NCBI GenBank assembly: GCA_965214705.1
Contig: OZ243972.1
Coordinates: forward strand, 1,024,001 to 1,088,000
Length of the DNA: 64,000 nucleotides
Direction of reading: 5' to 3'
Origin: Alphaproteobacteria bacterium
Lineage (GTDB): Bacteria > Pseudomonadota > Alphaproteobacteria > UBA828
Both the position numbers and the translations under genes were made by a program. Shown here one piece after another: positions 51,784 to 61,688 of this stretch. The notes beneath the pieces were generated by a model. It did not search any database and was not told where the DNA came from. It saw only the letters and a program-made list of their open reading frames with translations. Positions within the stretch are counted from its first letter, which is position 1. Each line of letters begins with the position of its first letter.

Positions 51784-52932
51784 CTAAAGCGTGAGCCAGC
51801 GCTTGAGAGCAGCGCAGGCGCCCTCCACCTCTTCCGTCGCGCCAGCATAGGAGAAGCGGACGAAGGCACCGCCCCGCTTGGTGTCGAAGTCGATGCCGGG
51901 CGTCGCCGCCACCCCGCACTCAGCCAGCATGCGCTGGCAGAATTCCTCGCTGTCGTCGGTGAGTTCCGAGACATCGGCATAGGCGTAGAAGGCTCCGTCG
52001 CAGGGCGCGAGCGCGCCGAAGCCTGCGGCCGGAAGCGCCTCTTGGACGATGCTGCGGTTACGAGCGTAACGCGCCACGTTGGCCTCCAGCTCGTCCCGGC
52101 AGTCGAAGGCGGTGATTGCGGCCCGCTGCGAAAGCGCCGGCGGCGAGATGAAGAGGTTTTGCGTGAGCCGCTCCACCGCCCTGGCGAGGTCCTCGGGCAC
52201 CACCATCCAGCCGAGGCGCCAGCCGGTCATCGCGAAGTATTTCGAGAAGCCGTTGATCACGACCGCGCTCTCGGAGAACGCGGCGACGCTGGCCGCCGGT
52301 TCGCCATAGGTGATGCCGTGGTAGATCTCGTCCGAGATCACCCGAATCCCCCGGTCATTACAATATGCCGCCACAGCTTCGAGCGTGGGCCTGGGCACCA
52401 TGGTCCCGGTCGGATTAGACGGGCTGGCAACGATCAGGCCCCGGATCGGTTGCTCCAGCGCCTCCAGCATCGCCACGGTTGGTTGAAAGCGGGTCTCTGC
52501 CGTGGTCGGGAGTAGCACTAGATCGAGACCAAGCGCCTGCAGGGTGTTGCGGTAGGCGGGATAGCCGGGGTTGGCGAGCGCCACCCGGTCGCCCACGTCG
52601 AAGGCGGCGAGGAAGGCCAGAATGATCCCGGCCGAGCCCCCGGTCGTGACCACGATCCGCTCCACCGGCGGGGCGAAGCCGTAGCGCTCGCCGTAGAACG
52701 CGGCGATGCGCTCGCGCAGGGGCAGCACGCCGTCGGCCTCGGTGTAGCCGATCCTGTCGCCAGCCAAGGCCGCCTGCGCCGCTTCGAGCACCCGCTGCGG
52801 CGCGCCTGAGCCGGGTTCGCCGGTCTCCATGTGGAAGACCCGCGCGCCCGTTGCCGCACGCTCCGTCGCGGCCTTGAGGATTTCCATCGCGAAGAAGGGC
52901 GCGACCGCAGCGCGCTGGGATGCCGCCATCAC
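51784..52932 (-). CDS. PLP-dependent aminotransferase class I/II
   Basis: SPSNPTG, DEIYHG and FSKYFAMTGWRLGW. Confidence 0.93.
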   Translation of the reverse strand: MMAASQRAAVAPFFAMEILKAATERAATGARVFHMETGEPGSGAPQRVLEAAQAALAGDRIGYTEADGVLPLRERIAAFYGERYGFAPPVERIVVTTGGSAGIILAFLAAFDVGDRVALANPGYPAYRNTLQALGLDLVLLPTTAETRFQPTVAMLEALEQPIRGLIVASPSNPTGTMVPRPTLEAVAAYCNDRGIRVISDEIYHGITYGEPAASVAAFSESAVVINGFSKYFAMTGWRLGWMVVPEDLARAVERLTQNLFISPPALSQRAAITAFDCRDELEANVARYARNRSIVQEALPAAGFGALAPCDGAFYAYADVSELTDDSEEFCQRMLAECGVAATPGIDFDTKRGGAFVRFSYAGATEEVEGACAALKRWLTL

Positions 52933-53026
52933 TATGCCTTAGTTCGAGCGGATAGCGGCGATGGGCGCCCATTGACGGTGGCGTCCAAGCAACATATCCA
53001 AACTCGTCATCCTTGGAGCGAAACCG

Positions 53027-54385
53027 TTGGTCATCCGTCTCGCACGCGCAGCGGCGCTCGCCTGCTTAGCGTTCTCACTTGTCCTGGCGGCAGCGGCGCC
53101 GGCGTGGCCGCAGGGCATGTCGCTGATCCGCGACGCCGAGATCGAAGATACCATCCGGGCCTATGCCGCGCCACTGCTGGAGGCTGCGGGCCTCGGCGAA
53201 GGCGCGGTCCGGCTGCACATCGTCAACGACTCCAATATCAACGCCTTCGTCGCCGGCGGCCCCAATCTTTTCCTGTCGAGCGGCATGCTGACCGCCGCGG
53301 AGGACCCCGGCGAGATCATCGGCGTGCTGGCGCACGAGATCGGCCACATCGCTGGCGGCCACCTGGTTCGCACGCGGGACGCGATGGAGAACGCTTCGGC
53401 CGAGATGATCCTGGCGACGGTGCTGGCGGCCGGCGCCATCATTGCCGGTGAAGGCGAGGTGGGAAGCGCCATCCTGAGTGGAGGTCAGGCGATCGCGCAG
53501 CAATCCTTCCTGCGCTACAGCCGCACGCAGGAGCAGAGCGCCGACCAGGCGGCCGTGCGCCTGCTGGAACGCACTGGGCAGTCGGCTGCGGGCCTCTTGC
53601 GCATCTTCCAGCGGCTCGAGGAGCGCGAGCGCCTCGCCATCACCGAGGTGAACAGCTACGCGCGCACCCACCCGCTCACCCGCGAGCGCATCCGCTTCAT
53701 CCGCGACCACGTGGAGGGGGAAGACCATGCCGCGGGCAGCGCCTCGGATACGCACGGCACCGCCCACCGCCGCATGGTGGCGAAGCTCAAGGGGTTCCTG
53801 GACCCGCCGGACGCGACCTTCCGCGCCTACCCGGACGAAGACGAGTCGACCGAAGCGCGCTACGCCCGCGCCATCGCGTACTATCGAATCCCGGACCTGG
53901 ACCGCGCCCTCGCAGCGCTCGACGCCTTGCTGGCTGACCATCCGGACGACCCCTGGTTCCACGAGCTCAAGGGACAGGTGCTTTTCGAGAATGGTCGCGT
54001 GAGCGAAGCAATCGCGCCTTACGAGCGTGCCGTGGCGCTCAGGGACGACGCCGGACTGCTACGCCTCGGCCTCGCGCGGGCGCAGATCGAGAGCGGCGAT
54101 GCCGCTTCGCTCGCAAGCGCGATAAAGAACCTGGAGGCGGCGACCCGGCTGGAGCCGAAATCGCCCCAGCATTGGTATCAACTGGGCATCGCGCGCGGCC
54201 GGGCGGGGAAACGCGCCGCTTCCTCCCTCGCCTTCGCCGAGGCAGCCTTTCTACGGGGCGATGTGGAACGAGCGCACTACCACGCGAGCGTCGCGGCGGA
54301 GGGCCTGCCAGAAGGCAGCGCGCGCTGGCTCCGAGCGGAGGATATCCGTAACGCCGCGGAGCAGGCCGCGAAGAAGAGGCGGTGA
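53027..54385 (+). CDS. M48 metalloprotease with TPR repeats (BepA/YfgC-like)
   Basis: Signal peptide, INAF, HEIGH, E..AD, THP and a TPR-like C-terminus. Confidence 0.9.
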   Translation: MVIRLARAAALACLAFSLVLAAAAPAWPQGMSLIRDAEIEDTIRAYAAPLLEAAGLGEGAVRLHIVNDSNINAFVAGGPNLFLSSGMLTAAEDPGEIIGVLAHEIGHIAGGHLVRTRDAMENASAEMILATVLAAGAIIAGEGEVGSAILSGGQAIAQQSFLRYSRTQEQSADQAAVRLLERTGQSAAGLLRIFQRLEERERLAITEVNSYARTHPLTRERIRFIRDHVEGEDHAAGSASDTHGTAHRRMVAKLKGFLDPPDATFRAYPDEDESTEARYARAIAYYRIPDLDRALAALDALLADHPDDPWFHELKGQVLFENGRVSEAIAPYERAVALRDDAGLLRLGLARAQIESGDAASLASAIKNLEAATRLEPKSPQHWYQLGIARGRAGKRAASSLAFAEAAFLRGDVERAHYHASVAAEGLPEGSARWLRAEDIRNAAEQAAKKRR

Positions 54386-54440
54386 GCGCCGCGCGGCTTA
54401 GAGCGTTTCCGTCTTACGCGGAAACGCTCACGCCTTATTG

Positions 54441-54546
54441 TCGCCCACGGCAGCCGGCCTCCGGCCGGCGCCTGCGCGGGCGCGCCGCAGTAGCGGCGGG
54501 CCGCAGTCGCGGCCTGTCGCGCGTCCGTCAAAGTCGGACGCGCTCC
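54441..54546. repeat. 106-bp multi-hairpin intergenic repeat, copy B (inside a TTAGAGC...GCTCTAA-bounded segment, 54398-54557)
   Basis: Gapless alignment with 10 mismatches to copy C by manual count. Confidence 0.9.
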
Positions 54547-54553
54547 TAAAGCT

Positions 54554-55546
54554 CTAAATGAGCCCGCCAAGCGGTGACGAGGGGTCGGCGTAGCGCTTCT
54601 TCGCCATGCGGCCGGCGAGATAGGCGAGCCGGCCGGCCTCCACCGCGTGACGCATGGCATGCGCCATCAGCACCGGATCCCTGGCACCGGCGATGGCGGT
54701 GTTCATCAGCACCCCGTCGCAGCCGAGCTCCATCGCCACAGCCGCGTCGGAGGCCGTACCAACGCCGGCATCGACCAGCACGGGCACACCGATGCGCTCG
54801 ACGATGATGCGGATGCCGACCGGGTTCTGCACCCCGAGCCCGGAGCCGATGGGCGCTGCCAGCGGCATGATCGCGGCGCAGCCCATATCCTCCAGCCGCT
54901 TGGCCATGATCGGATCGTCACTGCAATAGACCATGACCTCGAAGCCGTCCTTGATCAGGATCTCGGCGGCGCGGAGGGTCTCCGGCATGTTGGGGTAGAG
55001 CGTCTCCTGATCGCCGAGCACCTCGAGCTTGACCAGCGACCAGCCGCCGGCCTCGCGCGCGAGCCTCAGCGTGCGGACGGCGTCTTCACCGGTGAAGCAG
55101 CCGGCAGTGTTGGGCAGATAGGTGTAGCGCTTGGGATCGACGTAATCGATCAGCATCGGCGCATTGCGATCGGTGACGTTCACACGGCGCACAGCAACCG
55201 TGACGATCTCGGCGCCGGAGGCATCCAGCGCTGCGGCGGTCTGCTCGAAGTCGCGATACTTGCCGGTGCCGACGATCAGCCGCGAGCGGAAGCGCCGGCC
55301 GGCGACCTCCCAGCTGTCGTCGTCCGACGCTACCGGCACGGGGTCGGCACCGCCGCCGATGAAGTGCACGATCTCGAGCCGGTCGCCGGCGGCAACGGCC
55401 GTCTGGTCGTAAGCGCTCCGGGGCACAATTTCGAGATTGCGCTCCACCGCGATCTTGCGCGGGTCGAGGCCCAACCCCGTCACGATGCTGTGGACCGACT
55501 GGGGCTCCTCGAACTCGCGGAGCTCGCCGTTTATCTGCACCTGCAT
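54554..55546 (-). CDS. thiG: Fused ThiS sulfur carrier / thiazole synthase ThiG
   Basis: ThiS domain (MQVQING...AVERN.EIVP...EIVHFIGGG) is in frame with ThiG ([26 protein letters not shown]). Confidence 0.95.
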   Translation of the reverse strand: MQVQINGELREFEEPQSVHSIVTGLGLDPRKIAVERNLEIVPRSAYDQTAVAAGDRLEIVHFIGGGADPVPVASDDDSWEVAGRRFRSRLIVGTGKYRDFEQTAAALDASGAEIVTVAVRRVNVTDRNAPMLIDYVDPKRYTYLPNTAGCFTGEDAVRTLRLAREAGGWSLVKLEVLGDQETLYPNMPETLRAAEILIKDGFEVMVYCSDDPIMAKRLEDMGCAAIMPLAAPIGSGLGVQNPVGIRIIVERIGVPVLVDAGVGTASDAAVAMELGCDGVLMNTAIAGARDPVLMAHAMRHAVEAGRLAYLAGRMAKKRYADPSSPLGGLI

Positions 55547-55724
55547 GGATGTGCGTTCCGTACGCGTGCCGTCATTTGCCGCAGCACTGCGGCCTCACTT
55601 GGAGTATTGGTGAGGACTATGGCGATTTCAACAGGGGACGGCGGCATCGAACGCGCGGATTGAAGCCCGAGTCCCGGCCGTGTTAGACCCGTTATGCGGG
55701 CGAGCATCACGACCCGGTGCGGCC

Positions 55725-56168
55725 ATGACTTACAATATCTTGATTTTGAACGGCCCCAACCTCAATATGCTGGGGTTGCGAGAACCTGAGATCTACGGGC
55801 ACCAGACCCTGGACGATATCCGTGCGCTGTGCGAGAGCCATGCGGAGGGCCACGGACTCGCGGTCGATTTCAGGCAGAGCAACCACGAGGGCGAGCTGAT
55901 TGACTGGATTCAGCAGGCGCCGAGGGCCCACGCCGGCATCATCCTCAATCCCGGCGGCTACACGCACACGTCGGTCGCCATCATGGACGCGCTGCGCGCC
56001 GTGGACCTGCCGGCCATCGAGCTGCATCTCTCGAACATCCACCGGCGCGAGCCCTTCCGCCGGCGCTCCTACGTGGCGCAGGTAGTGCAGGGTTCGATCT
56101 GCGGGTTCGGCGCCGATGGTTACCTGCTCGCGCTCGACGGGATGCGCGCGCTCTTGAAGGAGGAGTGA
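55725..56168 (+). CDS. aroQ: Type II 3-dehydroquinate dehydratase
   Basis: LNGPNLNMLG.REP..YG, QSNHEG and HLSNIH.RE.FR. Confidence 0.96.
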   Translation: MTYNILILNGPNLNMLGLREPEIYGHQTLDDIRALCESHAEGHGLAVDFRQSNHEGELIDWIQQAPRAHAGIILNPGGYTHTSVAIMDALRAVDLPAIELHLSNIHRREPFRRRSYVAQVVQGSICGFGADGYLLALDGMRALLKEE

Positions 56169-56172
56169 CGCG

Positions 56173-56673
56173 ATGGCAGTGAAACCTGTGCCGGATCCCC
56201 GGCCGGAGGAGCCGGAGCCAATGTTCGGACCCGACATCGAGCTGATCCGCGCGCTGGCGGCGGTGCTCGACGAGGCGAATCTCAGCGAGATCGAGATCGG
56301 CGAGGGCGAGAGCCGCATCCGCATCGCACGCCAAGCCACTGTGGCGGCGGCACCCGCGCCCGCTCCGCGCCCGGCAGCGGTCGAGCCCGTGCCCGCAGAG
56401 GAAGCGCCGCCCGCGCCGGTCGCCGACGACGCCTCCCACCCCGGCGCGGTGATCTCCCCGCTGGTCGGCGTGGTTTACGTTGCGTCCGAGCCGGGCGGGC
56501 GCCCATTCGTCACTGTCGGAGATGAGATCAGCGAGGGCGATACGCTCTTCATCGTCGAGGCGATGAAAACGATGAACCCGGTCCGCGCTCCCAGCGGCGG
56601 CCGTGTCACCCGAATTCTTGCCGAGAACGGCGCCCGGGTCGAGTATGGCGAGGTCTTGCTGATCCTCGAGTGA
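56173..56673 (+). CDS. accB: Acetyl-CoA carboxylase biotin carboxyl carrier protein
   Basis: EAMK biotinylation motif and a Pro/Ala linker. Confidence 0.95.
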   Translation: MAVKPVPDPRPEEPEPMFGPDIELIRALAAVLDEANLSEIEIGEGESRIRIARQATVAAAPAPAPRPAAVEPVPAEEAPPAPVADDASHPGAVISPLVGVVYVASEPGGRPFVTVGDEISEGDTLFIVEAMKTMNPVRAPSGGRVTRILAENGARVEYGEVLLILE

Positions 56674-56678
56674 GACCG

Positions 56679-58037
56679 ATGTTCGACAAGGTCCTGATCG
56701 CCAACCGGGGGGAGATCGCGGTCCGGATCATCCGTGCCTGCCGGGAGTTCGGCATCAAGACCGTGGCCGTCCACTCCACGGCGGACGCCGAGGCGATGCA
56801 CGCCAGGCTCGCCGATGAGTCGGTCTGCATCGGCCCGCCGGCGCCCAGGGAAAGCTACCTCAACATCCCGGCGATCATCGCCGCCGGCGAGATCACCAAC
56901 GCCAACGCCATTCACCCCGGTTACGGCTTCCTCTCCGAGAGTGCGGACTTCGCGACCATCGTCGAGGAGCACGGCTTCATCTTCATCGGCCCGAGCCCGA
57001 CACACATCTCGTTGATGGGCGACAAGATTCGCGCGAAGCAGACCGCGGCCGAGCTCGGCCTGCCGGTGGTGCCGGGCTCTGCCGACGCGCTGGAGGACGC
57101 CGCCTCGATCGCCGAGGCGGCGGACGAGATCGGCTATCCGGTGCTGATCAAGGCGGTGGCGGGCGGCGGCGGGCGCGGCATGAAGCGGGTCGACAGCCGC
57201 GAGGAGCTGGCGATGGCTGCCGCCACGGCACGCGCCGAGGCCGAGTCCGCCTTCGGCAACGATGCGCTCTATCTGGAGAAGCTGGTTGCTGCACCCCGCC
57301 ATATCGAGGTGCAGGTGCTGGCGGATCAGTTCGGCAGCGCGGTGCACCTGGGCGAGCGCGACTGCTCGCTGCAGCGCCGCCACCAGAAGGTACTGGAGGA
57401 GGCGCCCTCGCCGGCACTCGACGCGGAAGCGCGCGAGGAGATCGGCAGCCGAGTCAGCGCCGCAGTGCGCGAGCTTGGCTATCGCGGGGTCGGCACGCTG
57501 GAGTTCCTGTACGAGGACGGCGCGTTCTACTTCATGGAGATGAACACGCGCATCCAGGTGGAACACCCGGTGACAGAGATGATCACCGGGATCGACCTCG
57601 TGCAGGAGCAGATCAGGGTCGCGGCCGGCGAACCGCTGGCATTTGGCCAGGACGACATCCGCTTCGAGGGTCATTCCATCGAATGCCGAATCACGGCCGA
57701 GGATCCCGACACCTTCCGTCCCTCACCCGGCACCGTGAGCGGCTACCACACGCCGGGCGGGCCTGGCGTGCGCGTGGATTCCGCGCTCTATGACGGCTAC
57801 CGGATCCCACCCTATTACGACAGCCTCATCAGCAAGGTGATCGCACAGGCCGGCAGCCGAGAGGCCTGCCTGATGCGCCTACGACGGGCGCTGGAGGAGT
57901 ACGTCATCCAGGGTGTCTCGACCACGATCCCGCTGCACCTGCGCCTGCTTGCCAGCCAGGCATTCGCCGAGAGCGCCTACGACATCCACTGGTTCGAGCG
58001 CTTCGTGACGGAGACCGGCGCCGGCAACGACGCCTAG
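56679..58037 (+). CDS. accC: Biotin carboxylase
   Basis: ANRGEIA, HPGYGFLSE, GGGGRGM, ERDCSLQRRHQK and EMNTRIQVEH. Confidence 0.97.
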   Translation: MFDKVLIANRGEIAVRIIRACREFGIKTVAVHSTADAEAMHARLADESVCIGPPAPRESYLNIPAIIAAGEITNANAIHPGYGFLSESADFATIVEEHGFIFIGPSPTHISLMGDKIRAKQTAAELGLPVVPGSADALEDAASIAEAADEIGYPVLIKAVAGGGGRGMKRVDSREELAMAAATARAEAESAFGNDALYLEKLVAAPRHIEVQVLADQFGSAVHLGERDCSLQRRHQKVLEEAPSPALDAEAREEIGSRVSAAVRELGYRGVGTLEFLYEDGAFYFMEMNTRIQVEHPVTEMITGIDLVQEQIRVAAGEPLAFGQDDIRFEGHSIECRITAEDPDTFRPSPGTVSGYHTPGGPGVRVDSALYDGYRIPPYYDSLISKVIAQAGSREACLMRLRRALEEYVIQGVSTTIPLHLRLLASQAFAESAYDIHWFERFVTETGAGNDA

Positions 58038-58047
58038 CGCGCGCACC

Positions 58048-58719
58048 ATGTCGACGGTCGAGCTCACGCCGGCGCTGATTCTCAGGGCCTACAGCTGCGG
58101 GCTCTTCCCCATGGCAGAGAGCAAGGCGGAGCGTGACGTCTTCTGGGTCGACCCGGAGACGCGTGGCGTGATTCCGCTCGACAGCTTTCACGTGCCACGC
58201 AGGCTCGCACGCACGGTTCGCGGCGGGCACTTTCGCATCACCGCGGACCGGGACTTCCCCCGCGTCGTGCGCGGCTGCGCACGGCGCACCCGCCGTCGGC
58301 CCGAATCATGGATCAACGGGCCCATCTTCGAGGCCTACTGCGCGCTGCACAGGCAGGGCCACGCCCACAGCGTGGAGACCTGGCGCGACGAAACGCTGGT
58401 GGGCGGTCTCTACGGCGTGGCGCTGGAGGCCGCGTTCTTCGGCGAGAGCATGTTCAGCGTCGAGCGAGACGCCAGCAAGGTCGCGCTCGTGCACCTGGTC
58501 GCCCGCCTCCGGGCCGGCGGCTTCACCCTGCTGGATACCCAGTTCGTCACCGGGCACTTGAGCCAGTTCGGCGCGGTCGAGGTGCCGCGGGCCAGCTATC
58601 TGGAACGGCTGGCGGAGGCTCTCAAGCAGCCCGCGAACTTTTATCCGGCGGGTTTTTCAGACGCGGCGCTGTCGGCCGCCGGCGTGGCCTCCGAGCAGGC
58701 GAGCACCCAGATGTCGTAG
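58048..58719 (+). CDS. aat: Leucyl/phenylalanyl-tRNA-protein transferase
   Basis: AY..GLFPM, SWIN, AHSVE, GGLYG, FGESMFS and DTQF. Confidence 0.94.
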   Translation: MSTVELTPALILRAYSCGLFPMAESKAERDVFWVDPETRGVIPLDSFHVPRRLARTVRGGHFRITADRDFPRVVRGCARRTRRRPESWINGPIFEAYCALHRQGHAHSVETWRDETLVGGLYGVALEAAFFGESMFSVERDASKVALVHLVARLRAGGFTLLDTQFVTGHLSQFGAVEVPRASYLERLAEALKQPANFYPAGFSDAALSAAGVASEQASTQMS

Positions 58720-59063
58720 ACCGGGTGCTCGAGCGCGGCGAGGCCCGGCGTCGACGAGAACATCCAGCCGGTATAGAGGCGGGTCGCGCGGCCCGCGTGG
58801 TCGATCTCGTCGATTTCGAGGAAGGCGGCATTCTCCGGCGGCTCCTCGGGCGGCGCCGCGTGACAGGCGCGCGCGACGATGCGGAGCGTCCCAAACTGCA
58901 CGGGCCGGTCAAGCGGCGCTTCCACCTCGGAGGTCCGTGCCACCACCTTGTCGAGCGCCTGCAGCACGGCGACCGAGCGGTCGGCTGCGATGGCGACGGC
59001 GCCATCGCCCCAGGCCGCGGCAAGCGCCGCGCCTGCAGCCAGAAGAAGAAACCCGCGCCGCAA
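58641..59063 (-). CDS. DUF2155 family exported protein
   Basis: LQALDKV, FGTL.I..RAC, PENAAFL, GWMFSS.P and EHPVYDIW; follows mlaD. Confidence 0.85.
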   Translation of the reverse strand: MRRGFLLLAAGAALAAAWGDGAVAIAADRSVAVLQALDKVVARTSEVEAPLDRPVQFGTLRIVARACHAAPPEEPPENAAFLEIDEIDHAGRATRLYTGWMFSSTPGLAALEHPVYDIWVLACSEATPAADSAASEKPAG

Positions 59064-59504
59064 CTACTCGGTGCCGAAGGCGAACTTGCCGATCAGCTCC
59101 TCCAGTAGCAGGGAGGATTGGGTGTATGAGATGCGGCCGCCGTCCTTGATGAGGGCCTCTTCGGCGCCCGGCTGGAGGTCGATGAACTTGCCACCGAGCA
59201 GGCCGTCGCTGACCACCGCCGCAGTTGAATCTGTCGGCAGCTCCACCGACTCGTCGATGCTCATGCGGAGCACGGCGCGGAAGGTCTCAGGCTCAAGCTC
59301 GCGGTCGACCACCGTGCCGACCTTGATGCCGCCGATGCGCACATCGGAACCGTTGGTGATGCCGTCCACGCGGTTGAACGCCGCGCTCACCTCGTAGCCG
59401 CTGACCGTGGCGACGCCGCTCCTGGTATAGGCGAAGACGATGAAGCCGATGGCCACCGCCAGCACCACGGCGCCCAGCAGGGTCTCGACTAGGCTTCTCG
59501 ACAT
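59064..59504 (-). CDS. mlaD: MCE-domain protein MlaD
   Basis: ETLLGAVV, GSDVRIGGIKVG.V, GLLGGKFI.L.PG and TQSS. ATG at 59504. Confidence 0.92.
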   Translation of the reverse strand: MSRSLVETLLGAVVLAVAIGFIVFAYTRSGVATVSGYEVSAAFNRVDGITNGSDVRIGGIKVGTVVDRELEPETFRAVLRMSIDESVELPTDSTAAVVSDGLLGGKFIDLQPGAEEALIKDGGRISYTQSSLLLEELIGKFAFGTE

Positions 59505-59623
59505 GGCGATCTCCTTCCCGGCCTCTGGGATGAGGATTGCGGCACTGCCCCGGCTTGGCGGGGCGGAGTCGAGTCGCATTCTGCCACAGCGCGCCCCGTA
59601 GCGGGTAACGGCATGGGAGGGAG

Positions 59624-60031
59624 CTAGCCCACGATCTCGCCTTCGACCATGGCGATCGCCTCGATCTCGATTTCGAGCTCGGGCAGCGCCAACGACGTGA
59701 TCTCGACGATGGTGTCGGCTGGGTATGGCGGCGTGAAGAACTTCTCCCGGAGCGCCACGATCTTGCCGAAGTTGCCCATGTCCTTGAGGTAGATGTTCAC
59801 CTTGACGATCTTCGCGAGGCTGGAGCCGCCGGCCTCCAGCACCGCAGCCAGGTTCTTGAAGGTCTGCTCGGCCTGGGCATCGAAATTGCCGACGCCGACG
59901 ATGGTGCCGTCGAGGTCGATGGCGGTCTGGCCGGAAACGAAGATCAGGTCGCCTACGCGGTAGGCCTGCGCCAGCTTGAAGGGCTCGTAGGGATCGGGGT
60001 CGGTCTTGATGCGAACGGCGTTCTCGACCAT
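59624..60031 (-). CDS. Rid (YjgF/YER057c/UK114) family protein
   Basis: FVSGQ, N..AVLEAGG, KVN.YL and EIEAIA. ATG at 60031. Confidence 0.88.
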   Translation of the reverse strand: MVENAVRIKTDPDPYEPFKLAQAYRVGDLIFVSGQTAIDLDGTIVGVGNFDAQAEQTFKNLAAVLEAGGSSLAKIVKVNIYLKDMGNFGKIVALREKFFTPPYPADTIVEITSLALPELEIEIEAIAMVEGEIVG

Positions 60032-60138
60032 CGGTATCCTCCGTCGTGGGTGCTGTGACACGCCAGTCTCGCCCGCCGCCTCGCTTGATGCTAGGACGCG
60101 CCTTGCGGCGGCAACAGCACCAGCGGGAGGCTTGAGAC

Positions 60139-60936
60139 ATGAGCGACACGGTGTTGATCGAGCGGGCGGACGGCATCGCTCGGGTGACCCTCAACCGGCC
60201 GGAGGTGCTGAACGCGCTCAACGACGAGCTGTGCGACGCCCTGGTTGAGACCCTTGCACAGGTCGAGCGCGAGCCTGAGACCCGCGTCATGGTGCTGCAG
60301 GGTGCAGGCGGCTACTTCATGGCGGGCGGCGACCTGCAATCCTTCTACGGCCTGCTCGAACGGACGCCGGATGAGCGCAGGCGGCATTTCGAGACGATGA
60401 TCGACCGCGTGCACGCAATCATCCGGATCATGCGGCGGATGCCGCAGCCGATCATCGCCAAGATCGACGGCGCCGCCGGCGGCTTCGGGCTGAGCCTGGT
60501 TCTCGCGTGCGACCTCGCGATCAGCGCCGCCGACAGCATCTTCACCATGGCCTATTGCCGCATCGGCACCAGCCCCGACGGCTCCTCGACCTGGTTCCTG
60601 CCGCGCACGGTGGGCGCCAAGAAGGCGATGGAGCTCGCGCTGCTGGGCGATCGCTTCGGCGCGCGCGAGGCCGAGCGCCTCGGCATCGTCAACCGCGTCG
60701 TCTCGCCCAATCGGCTCGAGGAGGAGACCGAAGCGCTGGCCCGACGCCTTGCCGCCGGCCCCGCCCGCGCGTTAGCCAACACGAAGCGGCTGCTCCGCAA
60801 CTCGGGTCATGCCTCCCTCGAAGACCAGCTTCAGGCAGAGGCCGAGATGTTCGCGGACTGCGCCGCGAGCGCGGACTTCGCCGAAGGGGTCGCGGCCTTC
60901 GTCGAAAAGCGAAGACCAACTTTCACCGGGCGCTGA
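60139..60936 (+). CDS. Enoyl-CoA hydratase/isomerase family (PaaG-like)
   Basis: TLNRPE.LNAL, F.AGGDL, G.AGGFG.SL..ACDL and DFAEGV.AF.EKR.P.F.G. Confidence 0.9.
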   Translation: MSDTVLIERADGIARVTLNRPEVLNALNDELCDALVETLAQVEREPETRVMVLQGAGGYFMAGGDLQSFYGLLERTPDERRRHFETMIDRVHAIIRIMRRMPQPIIAKIDGAAGGFGLSLVLACDLAISAADSIFTMAYCRIGTSPDGSSTWFLPRTVGAKKAMELALLGDRFGAREAERLGIVNRVVSPNRLEEETEALARRLAAGPARALANTKRLLRNSGHASLEDQLQAEAEMFADCAASADFAEGVAAFVEKRRPTFTGR

Positions 60937-60939
60937 GCG

Positions 60940-61680
60940 ATGGGCGGGCGCCTCGCGGAGAAGACCGCGCTGATCACCGCAGCGGGGCAAGGCATCGGCC
61001 ACGCAACAGCTGTCGCGTTCCAGAAGGAGGGGGCGCGGCTCTGGGCCACCGACATCGACGAAGCCAAGCTCGCGGGTCTCGCCACGCTGGAAGGTGTCAC
61101 GTGCCGGGCGCTCGATGTTCGCGACGACGGCGCCGTGGCGGCGGCGGCCGAGGAGATCGGCGCCCTCGACGTGCTCTTCAACTGCGCAGGCCGCGTGCCA
61201 CACGGCACGCTGCTCGACTGCGAGCCGGCGGACTGGGAGGAGACGCTCGGCCTCAACGTGACCGCCATGTACCGGATGATCCGCGCCTTCCTGCCGGCGA
61301 TGCTGGCAAAGGGTGGCGGCTCGATCATCAACATGGCGTCGGTGGTGTCGTCGGTGAAGGCCGCGCCCGACCGCTGCGCCTACGGCGCCAGCAAGGCCGC
61401 CGTCATCGGCCTCACCAAGTCGGTCGCGCTGGACTACGCGGCGCAAGGAGTTCGCTGCAACGCGGTCTGCCCCGGCGCGGTCGATACTCCGTCGTTGGAA
61501 GAGCGCTTCAACGCGCGACCGGACCCGGAGGCGGCGCGCGCTGCCTTCATAACACGCGCCCCGCTGGGGCGGATGGGATCGCCGTCGGAGATCGCAGCGC
61601 TCTGCGTCTATCTCGGCTCGGGCGAATCCGCCTTCACCACCGGCCAGGCGCTGGTGGTCGACGGCGCCTGGGGGCTGTAG
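60940..61680 (+). CDS. SDR oxidoreductase (BDH2/2-keto-3-deoxy-L-fuconate dehydrogenase-like)
   Basis: TAAGQGIG, FNCAG, YGASK and PG.VDTPSL. Confidence 0.88.
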   Translation: MGGRLAEKTALITAAGQGIGHATAVAFQKEGARLWATDIDEAKLAGLATLEGVTCRALDVRDDGAVAAAAEEIGALDVLFNCAGRVPHGTLLDCEPADWEETLGLNVTAMYRMIRAFLPAMLAKGGGSIINMASVVSSVKAAPDRCAYGASKAAVIGLTKSVALDYAAQGVRCNAVCPGAVDTPSLEERFNARPDPEAARAAFITRAPLGRMGSPSEIAALCVYLGSGESAFTTGQALVVDGAWGL

Positions 61681-61688
61681 AAGTTATT

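Noticed and set aside
59064-60290. Apparent 408-aa extended MlaD
   Set aside because: The extension overlaps the Rid and enoyl-CoA hydratase genes; MlaD similarity starts at the ATG at 59504.
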